This document shows positions 45,518 through 53,489 of a DNA stretch of 64,000 bases, piece after piece. Numbering within the stretch: the first letter of the stretch is position 1; the number at the start of each line of letters is the position of its first letter. The notes beneath the pieces are model-generated. The model had not been told where the DNA came from. It saw only the letters and a list, made by a program, of their open reading frames with translations, and searched no databases. A program made the position numbers and the translations under genes. The stretch is from Thermoanaerobaculia bacterium (GTDB lineage Bacteria > Acidobacteriota > Thermoanaerobaculia > Multivoradales > SZUA-115): NCBI GenBank assembly GCA_044869805.1, contig JBIOXV010000157.1, positions 9,752 through 73,751 on the forward strand, read 5' to 3'.

Positions 45518-47245
45518 TCAGTCGTACATCCCGTCCGCGAACCACTCTCCGGTCGCGCGGTCACGGAAGATGCGGTACACGCCGCCGCCGGCCAGCTCCA
45601 CGTCCCAGTAGTCGCGCTGCATCGGGCGCTCCGACCACCACTCCTCCTCGATCCCCCAGGGGCCCGAGGCCACCCGCACCCGCCCGCGGATGCGAGGGAG
45701 CTTGGGAGACCGCAACGGGAAGCCAGGACGCTCAGAACCAGGACGTCCAGAAACGGAGCGCGCAGAACCGGGGTGCTCGGGGCCGGGGTCGGAGCCCGCA
45801 TCGCCGGCCACCCGACGGGACTCGATCGAAAGCAGCCGGATGCCGGCGAGCTCGGGCGGTGGGCCGCTGCCGTAGGGCGTCACCGGCTCGGCCACCATTC
45901 CCTCGGCCGCGAAGCGGCCGTTGGCGGCATCGAGGTGGGTTCCGTCGGTCGAGACCGTGGTCAGCACCTCGATCGGCACCGGCGGCCGCAGCACGCGCAC
46001 GGCGAGCAGGCCCTGGCCGCGGCGCGGCTCGCGCTCGACGCGCGGTGGCGGGGGCGGCGTGTACTCGACCAGCGCGAAGCGCTCGGGGCGGTGGCCGTCG
46101 GCCACCGCCGGCGAGCCGGAGCGGCCCGGGCCGAGCAGGGCGAAGAGCCGGGCCAGGGTGGTGGCGAGCTGGTCGGGGGACAGGGCCTCGGGGCCGAAGA
46201 GGGAGAGCTGCGCCTCGCGCGGCCGGTCGGGGTGGGCGGTGAAGCGGAAGGCCACCACCGGCGCGCCGGGCGGGCGGGCCTCGAGCTCCAGCCGCGCCAG
46301 GGTGAGCAGGGTCCTGGCGTCGCGGGTGGGAGCGGGCAGGTCGAGGGTGCGCTCGTAGAGCCCGTCGGGCTCGAGCTTCAAGGCGATCTCCAGGCGCTTG
46401 GCGGCGAGCCCCTGCGCGGCGAGGCGCTGGCACAGGCGGTCGAGGGCGGCGCGGCCGACGAAGAGGAAGGGCTCGAGGGCGACCAGGGCCCAGTCGAGGC
46501 TCATGCCCTCGCGGAAGCAGGGGGGCAGGAGGCGGGGCATCAAGGGCTGGGGATCGAGGCCGCGCGCCGTGGCGTGCAGCTCCTGACCGGCCTTGCCCAG
46601 GCGGCTCGCCACCTCCGACGCCGGCAGCTTGGCGAGGTCGCCGATCGAGCGGATGCCCCAGCGCTCGAGGGTGGCGGCGACGCCGAGCTCCGGCGCCAGG
46701 CGCTCGAGCGGCAAGGGGGCGAGGAAGGCGGCTTCCTCGCCCAGGGGGACGACGGTCGGCGAGCGGGGCAGGTCGGCCGCCACGCGTGAAGCGAGCTTGG
46801 CCGCCGCGACGCCGACCCGCACTGGCAGGTCGGCCTTCTCCGCGGCGTCGATCAGCGCGCGGCCGATCTGGTGCTCGAAGTGCTCGCCGGGGAAGTGGCG
46901 CTCGAGGCCTTCGAGGTCGAGGTAGACCACGCCCTCGCCCGCATCCTCGACGCGGGGGGAGAGGGTCTCGGCGGCCTCCACCAGGGCCTCTTGGGCGGAG
47001 CGCTCACAGTCCGGGTCGCGCGAGCGCGCCACCAGCTTGGGCAGCAGGGCCCGGGCCTGGGGCAGGGTGAGGCCCGCCTTGAGGCCGGCCCGTCGCGCCG
47101 AGCGGGTGGCGGCCACCAGGCGGGCGGCGTTGCCGTTGCCGGCGAAGATGGCCAGGGCCTCACGGGTGAGCTCGGGCTCGCTGCGCAGGCGGGCAGCGAG
47201 AGGGAAGAGGGGGACGACGAGGCAAGCGAGGCGGGCGGGCGGCAT
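45518..47245 (-). CDS. imuB: ImuB-type Y-family polymerase-like protein (SOS mutagenesis cassette)
   Basis: N-terminus ACLVVPLFPLAARLR lacks the DMDxF catalytic acidic residues of DinB. It has a UmuC-like fold pattern and a long C-terminal extension. Confidence 0.75.
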   Translation of the reverse strand: MPPARLACLVVPLFPLAARLRSEPELTREALAIFAGNGNAARLVAATRSARRAGLKAGLTLPQARALLPKLVARSRDPDCERSAQEALVEAAETLSPRVEDAGEGVVYLDLEGLERHFPGEHFEHQIGRALIDAAEKADLPVRVGVAAAKLASRVAADLPRSPTVVPLGEEAAFLAPLPLERLAPELGVAATLERWGIRSIGDLAKLPASEVASRLGKAGQELHATARGLDPQPLMPRLLPPCFREGMSLDWALVALEPFLFVGRAALDRLCQRLAAQGLAAKRLEIALKLEPDGLYERTLDLPAPTRDARTLLTLARLELEARPPGAPVVAFRFTAHPDRPREAQLSLFGPEALSPDQLATTLARLFALLGPGRSGSPAVADGHRPERFALVEYTPPPPPRVEREPRRGQGLLAVRVLRPPVPIEVLTTVSTDGTHLDAANGRFAAEGMVAEPVTPYGSGPPPELAGIRLLSIESRRVAGDAGSDPGPEHPGSARSVSGRPGSERPGFPLRSPKLPRIRGRVRVASGPWGIEEEWWSERPMQRDYWDVELAGGGVYRIFRDRATGEWFADGMYD

Positions 47246-47268
47246 GGCTCAAGCTCTCGACCCTCCCC

Positions 47269-48249
47269 TCACCGTCCTCCTCCCACCGCCACGAGCGGCA
47301 GCGGCTCGGCCTCCGGCGGTCGGGCGGCGGCGGGCGGCGCCAGCGCGGCCGCGGGGTCGAGGAAGGGGATGGCGCGCCAGGGCAGGCGGGCGTGGTCACC
47401 GGGCGCCTGGCCGCGCTGCTTGGTCACGGCGAGGTGCGAGGCCACGCCGGCCAGCAGGCGCGGCGCAGCGCCGTCCCCCAGCCAGGCGACGCGGGCGCTC
47501 TCGACGGCGAGCACCGCGGCGGCGGCCGTGCCGCTCACCCGGTAGGGGGCGGAGACCAGCAGCGCCGCCTCGTGATCGCGGGCGGCGCGCGCCAGCCGCA
47601 GCCAGCAGCCCTCGTCGGCGTGGCCGCAGAGCGGTGGCAGGCCGAGGTCGAGCACCACCAGGGGAAAGCCGCCGGCGAGCACGGTCTCGGCGGCGGACAG
47701 GGCCTCCTTGAGGCGTCGTGGCCGCAGCCACAGCAGCCGCGCGAGGTCCACGCCCGTCAGGGTGGCGGCCTGAGGATCGAGGCCGTCGCCCAGGTCGACG
47801 AAGGCCACGGCCCGGCCGGTGCCGGTCACCGCGGCGAGCACCGTGAGCAGCAGGGAGAAGCGCCCCGAGCTGCGCCGGCCGACGAGCTCGACGAGCGAGC
47901 GCCGGGCGAGGCCGCCGCCCAGCAGGCGGTCAAAGGCCGGCTCGGCGGTGGGGAGCAGGGGCTCGCCGCGCGAACTTCGGCGGCGCAGGGCAAGCTCCCG
48001 CGCGCTCTCGACCCGCGAGCGCAGGGGGTGCGGTAAAGTCTGGCGAAGAACCTCGAGCGCCGGCCGGGGGGGGCCCAGGGCAGGGGTGTTAGTGGTCCCC
48101 CCGGCCGGCCGCTCAAGATGAAACCTGGTACTGCCTGAACTGTCGACGCCCGGCCCCCCAGCCTGGGGTTTGTCCGCGCCTGGCTGGGAGACCGGGTCGT
48201 TGTTTCTTTTGCTTCCCGTGAGCACCGCGTTCGCTGTAGCCGATTTCAT
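47269..48249 (-). CDS. imuA: ImuA-like RecA-fold protein
   Basis: LPTAEPAFDRLLGGGLARRSLVELVG..GRFSLLLTVLA...AFVD...LLWLRP...PLVVLDL pattern, 23 nt upstream of imuB. ATG 48249 is the only ATG/GTG/TTG start I found in this frame upstream of the conserved core. Confidence 0.65.
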   Translation of the reverse strand: MKSATANAVLTGSKRNNDPVSQPGADKPQAGGPGVDSSGSTRFHLERPAGGTTNTPALGPPRPALEVLRQTLPHPLRSRVESARELALRRRSSRGEPLLPTAEPAFDRLLGGGLARRSLVELVGRRSSGRFSLLLTVLAAVTGTGRAVAFVDLGDGLDPQAATLTGVDLARLLWLRPRRLKEALSAAETVLAGGFPLVVLDLGLPPLCGHADEGCWLRLARAARDHEAALLVSAPYRVSGTAAAAVLAVESARVAWLGDGAAPRLLAGVASHLAVTKQRGQAPGDHARLPWRAIPFLDPAAALAPPAAARPPEAEPLPLVAVGGGR

Positions 48250-48288
48250 GTCGATCCGGAGGTCGTGTGCTCTTTCCGCCTGGGACAG

Positions 48289-48336
48289 AGAGTAGACGTA
48301 AAGAAGGCGTAAGTCAAGAGGAATCTAGGCGTAAGT
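48289..48336 (-). promoter_or_regulatory. candidate imuA promoter overlapped by direct repeats
   Basis: On the minus strand: TTGACT (48317-48312), 17 nt, TACTCT (48294-48289). Plus-strand repeats AGGCGTAAGT at 48305-48314 and 48327-48336, plus a degenerate AGACGTAAAG at 48294-48303. Spacings are 11 and 22 bp. Confidence 0.4.
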
Positions 48337-48388
48337 TTAGTCCTCCAGACGGAAGCCTCGGTTCCGTCTGCAGGCATGGCGGGCGGCG

Positions 48389-49591
48389 GTGAGGGCGCGC
48401 TGCGACGTGGCGGTGATCGGCGGCGGCGCGGTCGGGGCGGCCACCGCCATGGCGCTCGCCGAAGGCGGCCGCCTGTCGCTGGTGCTGCTCGAGGCCGAGC
48501 CAGCCCTCGCCGCTCACCAGAGCAGCCACAACAGCGGCGTCATCCACTCCGGGCTCTACTACAAGCCGGGCTCGCTCAAGGCCGAGACCGCGACCGCTGG
48601 CCGCCAGGCCCTCTACCGTTTCTGTGAGCAGGAGGGACTGCCGCATCGCCGCTCGGGCAAGCTGGTAGTGGCGACCGAAGAGCGCGAGCTGCCGGCGCTT
48701 GCCGAGCTGGAGCGTCGAGGCCGGGCCAACGGCCTCGCGGACCTGAAGCGGCTCTCGCCGGCCGAGATGCGCGACATCGAGCCCGAGGTCGCCGGCCTCG
48801 CCGGCCTGTGGGTGGGCGAAACCGGCATCGTGGACTTCGCCGAGGTGACCCGCGCCTACGCTCGCCGCGTGGAAGCGGCGGGCGGCGAGGTTCACACCCG
48901 CGCGCGCCTGCTCCGCGTCCACCCGCGGGCAGACGGCCTCACCCTGGAAACCGCGGCCGGAGAGCTCACGTGCGGCTTCCTGATCAACTGCGCCGGCCTC
49001 GCCGGCGACCGCGTGGCGCGTCTCTGCGGCGTCGATCCCGGCCTTTCGATCGTCCCTTTCCGTGGCGACTACTACGAGCTTCGGCCCGAGCGGCGCTCGC
49101 TGGTGCGCGGCCTGATCTACCCGGTGCCCGACCCGTCGCTGCCGTTCCTGGGGGTCCACCTGACGCGCACCATCCACGGCCAGGTCGAGGCCGGCCCCAA
49201 CGCCGTCCTCGCCCTGGCCCGCGAACGCTACAAGAAGCTCGCCTTCGTGCCCCGCGACGCCTGGGCCGCTCTCTCGTACCCCGGCACCTGGAGATTGCTT
49301 CGCCGCTACTGGCGCACCGGCCTCGCGGAGGTTCGGCGCTCGCTCTCGCGGACCGCGTTTGCCGCGGCCCTGGCGCGGCTGGTGCCGGCCATCCGCCGCG
49401 ACGACCTGGTGCCGGCGGGCTGCGGCATTCGCGCCCAGGCCGTGGACCGCGACGGGAAGCTCGTCGAGGACTTCCGCCTGGTCCCAGGCCCGCGCAGCCT
49501 GCACGTGCTCAACACGCCGTCCCCAGCCGCTACCGCCTCGATCGCGATCGGGCGGGTGGTGGCGGAGCGGGTGCGGGAGGCGATGGGTTAG
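48389..49591 (+). CDS. lhgO: L-2-hydroxyglutarate oxidase (FAD-dependent)
   Basis: DVAVIGGGAVGAATA dinucleotide fold. HQSSHNSGVIHSGLYYKPGSLKA is characteristic of LhgO. Confidence 0.8.
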   Translation: MRARCDVAVIGGGAVGAATAMALAEGGRLSLVLLEAEPALAAHQSSHNSGVIHSGLYYKPGSLKAETATAGRQALYRFCEQEGLPHRRSGKLVVATEERELPALAELERRGRANGLADLKRLSPAEMRDIEPEVAGLAGLWVGETGIVDFAEVTRAYARRVEAAGGEVHTRARLLRVHPRADGLTLETAAGELTCGFLINCAGLAGDRVARLCGVDPGLSIVPFRGDYYELRPERRSLVRGLIYPVPDPSLPFLGVHLTRTIHGQVEAGPNAVLALARERYKKLAFVPRDAWAALSYPGTWRLLRRYWRTGLAEVRRSLSRTAFAAALARLVPAIRRDDLVPAGCGIRAQAVDRDGKLVEDFRLVPGPRSLHVLNTPSPAATASIAIGRVVAERVREAMG

Positions 49592-49613
49592 GGGGGCGGC
49601 ACTGCGTGCAGAC

Positions 49614-49638
49614 GGCCGGGAGGCTCTGCCTCCCGGCC
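49614..49638. terminator. bidirectional hairpin between convergent genes
   Basis: Perfect 11-bp stem GGCCGGGAGGC TCT GCCTCCCGGCC between the lhgO stop (49591) and the stop of the minus-strand gene (49659). Confidence 0.5.
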
Positions 49639-49658
49639 AGGGTACTCGAAGGGTGGCG

Positions 49659-50864
49659 CTAGGGTTCGGCCACGAGGGCCAGATCGAGGCCGTAGGAGCC
49701 TTCGGCGCCACTCACGCCTTCGACGCGCACGAAGTAGCGGCCTCCGGCGAGGTTCTTTACCAGGCGGAAGTTGTCGCCGCTGCCTGCGTCGTCGTCGGTC
49801 GCGATGAGCGTGCCCTGCTTGTCGTAGAGGCTGCCGAAAGTGTCGACCGAGCCGGTGGACTCGATCTCCACGGTCCTCTGGCTGGTGAGAACGAAGGTGA
49901 AGAAGTCGTCGTCGTCGTCGGTGGCACTGTCGAGCGCGCCCGAGGCGCTTACCCCGGCGCTGAGCGGGGCGCCACAGAAGAGCGTGTCGCCCTGGTCGCT
50001 GCCGGTGGGGCAGAGGGCGAAGTACTTGACGTCGAGCGTGTAGCCGTAGGCGTCCTCGGGGGCCAGCAGCAGGCTGTAGGTGCCCGGGTAAAGCACGGCG
50101 GCCACCAGGTCGCCAGGGTCGGCGAGCTCGCCACCCGCGAGCCCCGTGGTCCGCCCGCAGGACTGGCCGTTGTGGATGTCGGCCGAGAGATAGCCGTCCG
50201 GCGCCGAGACGCGCAGGACGCCCGGTACCTCGAAGGCGCCGGACAGCACGTCGCCGTCCCACTCCTGGATGCCCTGGACGACCTCGCCGTACCAGCTCTC
50301 GCCGATCTCGTCGCCGGCGATCGGGGTGGCCGAGACGCCGCAGCTCGTCGGAGGGTCGGTCGGCCCGATGGAGAGGTCGACGGGCTCTGGGTCCTCGCTC
50401 TCGGTCGAGAGGTCCAGGCTCCAAGCGGTCGTGAGCTTGATCCCCGAGAGCGTCTTCTCGGGGTCCTCGGGGGTGACCTGGAAGTAGAAGGTGCCGTCGT
50501 CCTCGATCCACTCGACGGCCGTCGCCGTGCCCTCCGCGACGGGGGTGTAGTCCGGGTCGTTGGGGTCGGGGTCGACGCAGTCGGTGCCGAGGAACAGGAG
50601 CTTGGGAGCCGGCGAGTCGCCCGGAGTGGCGGCGGCGACGGTCAGCATGCCTGCGGCGGAGGGCTGTACCTTGAAGATCCGAACGGTGGAGATCGGGTCG
50701 CCGTAGTCGTGCACCGTCGAGCCCAGGGTGACGGTGGTGGCGGCGTTGCAGTCGTCCGCACGGTCCGCGCGTGCGGCCTGTGGTGCGAAGGTGGCGCCGA
50801 GGACGAGCGCGGTGTGGAGCGAACGGACGGCGAAGCGCTGGCGAAGCGAACTGCGAGCGAGCAT
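49659..50864 (-). CDS. secreted protein with pre-peptidase C-terminal (PPC)-type domains
   Basis: Signal peptide. C-terminal PPC pattern DDDDFFTFVL..VEIESTGSVDTFGSLYD..G.LIATDDDAGSGDNF..V.NLAGGRYFVRVEG....GSYGL. Confidence 0.6.
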   Translation of the reverse strand: MLARSSLRQRFAVRSLHTALVLGATFAPQAARADRADDCNAATTVTLGSTVHDYGDPISTVRIFKVQPSAAGMLTVAAATPGDSPAPKLLFLGTDCVDPDPNDPDYTPVAEGTATAVEWIEDDGTFYFQVTPEDPEKTLSGIKLTTAWSLDLSTESEDPEPVDLSIGPTDPPTSCGVSATPIAGDEIGESWYGEVVQGIQEWDGDVLSGAFEVPGVLRVSAPDGYLSADIHNGQSCGRTTGLAGGELADPGDLVAAVLYPGTYSLLLAPEDAYGYTLDVKYFALCPTGSDQGDTLFCGAPLSAGVSASGALDSATDDDDDFFTFVLTSQRTVEIESTGSVDTFGSLYDKQGTLIATDDDAGSGDNFRLVKNLAGGRYFVRVEGVSGAEGSYGLDLALVAEP

Positions 50865-51108
50865 GGTTTCTCCCTGGGCCGGGCGCTTGGCGCCCGGCCG
50901 GAATCGGTGAGCTGGAGCTCGGTTGCAGGGATCCCTGATCGGTCGGAGGACGTCTCCGAGCGAAGCGATCAGGAGCTCGCCGGCCGGCGAATCAGAAGCG
51001 GGTGATCAGCCCTTCCCTTGCCTCTGGGAAGGACTAACGGCGGGGATGGGTTGATTGGCGGCGAAGGAGGAAAGAGTGCTATAGCGAGGGCTCAAGTTTT
51101 GTGATGAA

Positions 51109-52356
51109 ATGAGGTCCAGCACAACGGCGCGAGTCGAGGAATCGACCTCTGTGAGCGTTCGTACATTCGCCTCCGGCTGGATCCCGTCGCGATGGCGGCG
51201 CCCCGGCCGTCCTGAAGCGGCGCCCGTCGTGGGTGGGGCGTCCGGCGAGCGGTCCGCGCCCTTCACCGACTACCTTTCGAGCCTCGGTCCGCAGGGGGAT
51301 CCGCCGACTCCGCTCGCGTTTCAGAGAGTCCGCCGGCAGTTGCGGACGGCGCTCGTCGCGGAGCTCAAGAGGCGCGGGCTGTGGGAGGCTCCGCCCACCT
51401 ATGTGGGGGTGCTCGGAGCGGCGAGCTGGAGCTCGACGGAGGGAGCCTGGCAGCGGGACCGCGCGCTCGAGGAGCTGGTCGCGGACTCCTATGCCTTCAT
51501 CTTCGTCGAGCGGCTCGGAAGCCTGCTCGCTCAGCTCCGGGTCAAGCCCAACGTCGAGGGCCTGGTGCGCCTCAACATCCGCCACTTCCTCCACGAGCGC
51601 CAGCGCGAGCACGATCCGATCGGGTTTCGGGTCTTCGAGGCGCTGCGCAACGGCCTCCGCGACGCCGTCGAGGAGGGGGAGATGAAGATCGTCGAGGGCG
51701 ATCCCCGCATCCGCGGCGACACAGTGCTGGAGTTCACCTCCGGGCCCCGCGCGCCGACCGGCGCCGGGAGCGAGCTCGCCGCGATCGTCCGCGGCTGGGG
51801 CGACGAGCTGCTGCCCGAGCTCGTGACCGCCCAGGGCCGGGCCCGGCTCGCCGTGGCGGAGAAGCTTCGCCGCCTGCTCTCCCAGCTCCGGGAGACCGAT
51901 TGGCGATCGTTTCGCGTCAAGGACCTGCTCGATCCCCTGAAGCAGGACGTCCGGGCGCGCTGGGGCGCGCTCTTCGAGGCCGAGGTTGGAGAAGCTGGTG
52001 GTGAAGGCGAGGGCCAGGGGCTGCGGGAGCTGGTGCGGCGCATCGAGCCCAGCCGCCAGCTCGAGGAACGCGACTCCTTCCGCGCCCTGGTCAACTGCGT
52101 CGGCGGCCTGATCGCCGAGCTCAGAGCCGGTGGCTCGACACACCGCCACCTCGAGACCCTGTGGGGCTTTCTTCGCGCGCACGCGCTCGCCGGTGAAGGA
52201 GATGCGCTCCCCTCGCAGCGCAAGCTCGCGGTCTGGCTCGGCGTGCCGCGCGACCGGCTGCCGGCGCTCTACGAGACGCTGGCGCGCTTCGTCGAGCGGT
52301 GCCTGCGCTCCCTGGCGGCGCCTTCCACCGGCCAGCTCGTCGCGGAGGGGACGTGA
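51109..52356 (+). CDS. hypothetical protein with sigma-70/ECF-like region-2 and region-4 stretches separated by a long insert
   Basis: ELVADSYAFIFVERLG...GLVRLNIRHFLHERQRE is sigma2-like. LPSQRKLAVWLGVPRDRLPALYETLARFVE is HTH-like. The first ~60 codons may be non-coding. The family assignment is weak. Confidence 0.4.
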   Translation: MRSSTTARVEESTSVSVRTFASGWIPSRWRRPGRPEAAPVVGGASGERSAPFTDYLSSLGPQGDPPTPLAFQRVRRQLRTALVAELKRRGLWEAPPTYVGVLGAASWSSTEGAWQRDRALEELVADSYAFIFVERLGSLLAQLRVKPNVEGLVRLNIRHFLHERQREHDPIGFRVFEALRNGLRDAVEEGEMKIVEGDPRIRGDTVLEFTSGPRAPTGAGSELAAIVRGWGDELLPELVTAQGRARLAVAEKLRRLLSQLRETDWRSFRVKDLLDPLKQDVRARWGALFEAEVGEAGGEGEGQGLRELVRRIEPSRQLEERDSFRALVNCVGGLIAELRAGGSTHRHLETLWGFLRAHALAGEGDALPSQRKLAVWLGVPRDRLPALYETLARFVERCLRSLAAPSTGQLVAEGT

Positions 52357-53360
52357 TGCGCGAGCTGCCCCGTGACGAGGAGCTGCGGCAGCGGACTGCG
52401 GAGGCACTCGCTCGCCTGCGGGGGAGCGACCGTGGCGACGAGCCCGGAGCGGGCCACGGGGAGCCGCGGCGGGACCCGCAAGCCGGCGACCTCTATGTCA
52501 GCGACGAGAGCGCCGACTACGCGGTCCAGTGGCTGGTCCTGGGCGCGGAGCCGCAACACCCGGGCCGTCTACAAGTCGTGGTCGCGGACTCGGCGCCCTT
52601 CGCCGCCGGCGCTGATGTCGTGGTTCCCCGGGATGCGCCGCCCGGGCCCCTGACCCTGCGGCCACGGTTCGCGGTGTCGATCGAGCCGCGCGACCTGGCT
52701 CCCGGTAACCGGGTCGGGCACCTCGGCGACGAGTGGGTCTCGCAGGTCCGGGAGCGCCTGGCAGGTCTTGCCTCCGGCACCTACCGGCCGACAGTCCTGG
52801 AAGAGGAGACCGAGGCCGACCCCGAGTACCAAGACTGGGTCGAGGAGGTGCTCGAGCCGGCCTGCGCGGCGCTCGGCGCGGCGGATCGAGCGCCGGGCCG
52901 AGCGGGGGCGCCGGAGCGCGCGCCTCGATGGCCGCAGGCGCTCGCGGCGGTCTTTCTGCTGACCTCGATCGGGCTCTCGGTCTGGGTGGTGGAGCTGCGG
53001 CAGACGGTGGAAGTCCTTTCCGAACCTGCGGTGCTATCCGCGGTTCAGGTGGTCGTCGGAGAAGGGTCGAGGTCGCCGGAGGAGATCAGCGCGCCGCCGG
53101 GGACGAGCCTTCTGCTGATCGAGGTCGTCCTCGACGACGGCATCGAGGCCTACGACCAGTACCGTGTCGAGCTTTGGGACCGCTCCGTGCGGCTACTCGA
53201 TTCCGGGCCGCAGCCGGGGCAGCCCGGCACGGTCTATCCGATCGTGTTGCCTCGGATCAGGTTCCCGGACGGTGAGTACCGAATGATCCTCTATGGCGAA
53301 ACGCCGCAGGGCTCGAAGCTGATCGAGGAGCGGCGGCTCCTGGTCGAAAGCGAGCGCTGA
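52356..53360 (+). CDS. single-pass membrane protein (anti-sigma-like topology, no ZAS motif)
   Basis: ATG overlaps the upstream stop (TGATG). About 200 cytoplasmic aa, a TM helix WPQALAAVFLLTSIGLSVWVV, and an external domain of about 115 aa. Confidence 0.55.
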   Translation: MRELPRDEELRQRTAEALARLRGSDRGDEPGAGHGEPRRDPQAGDLYVSDESADYAVQWLVLGAEPQHPGRLQVVVADSAPFAAGADVVVPRDAPPGPLTLRPRFAVSIEPRDLAPGNRVGHLGDEWVSQVRERLAGLASGTYRPTVLEEETEADPEYQDWVEEVLEPACAALGAADRAPGRAGAPERAPRWPQALAAVFLLTSIGLSVWVVELRQTVEVLSEPAVLSAVQVVVGEGSRSPEEISAPPGTSLLLIEVVLDDGIEAYDQYRVELWDRSVRLLDSGPQPGQPGTVYPIVLPRIRFPDGEYRMILYGETPQGSKLIEERRLLVESER

Positions 53361-53489
53361 GCGCCGGGTGTCTCGATCGCGAGCGCCATGGCCCCGCGCG
53401 CTCTCGGACCTCGCGTTTCTCTTCGGACCTGCGCCCGGCGCCGGCGGCCGCATCCCGGCCGATCGAGTGAGCCGGGAGCTGCCCACGAA

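Noticed and set aside
48100-48390. Search for a canonical LexA box upstream of imuA (GTTC-N7-GTTC, CTGT-N8-ACAG, GAAC-N4-GTTC).
   Set aside because: Only partial matches were seen, for example CCTGAACTGTCGAC at about 48134, which lies inside the predicted coding region. None is convincing. The direct-repeat array is reported instead as a hypothesis.
50865-51108. Possible small gene or RNA in the 244-bp gap before the sigma-like gene (86-aa minus-strand ORF at 51006-51266; GTG at 51076 after a GAAGGAGG).
   Set aside because: The GTG frame hits TAG after two codons. The 86-aa ORF is antisense, low-complexity and overlaps the sigma-like gene. Only short GC hairpins are visible.
52356-53360. Bacterial gasdermin candidate, because it sits directly upstream of TPR/caspase-fold proteases.
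   Set aside because: It has a central classical TM helix and an anti-sigma-like topology. It lacks the N-terminal Cys and shows no gasdermin-like sequence features I can recognise, and its size and pattern do not fit. Only structure prediction could settle this.
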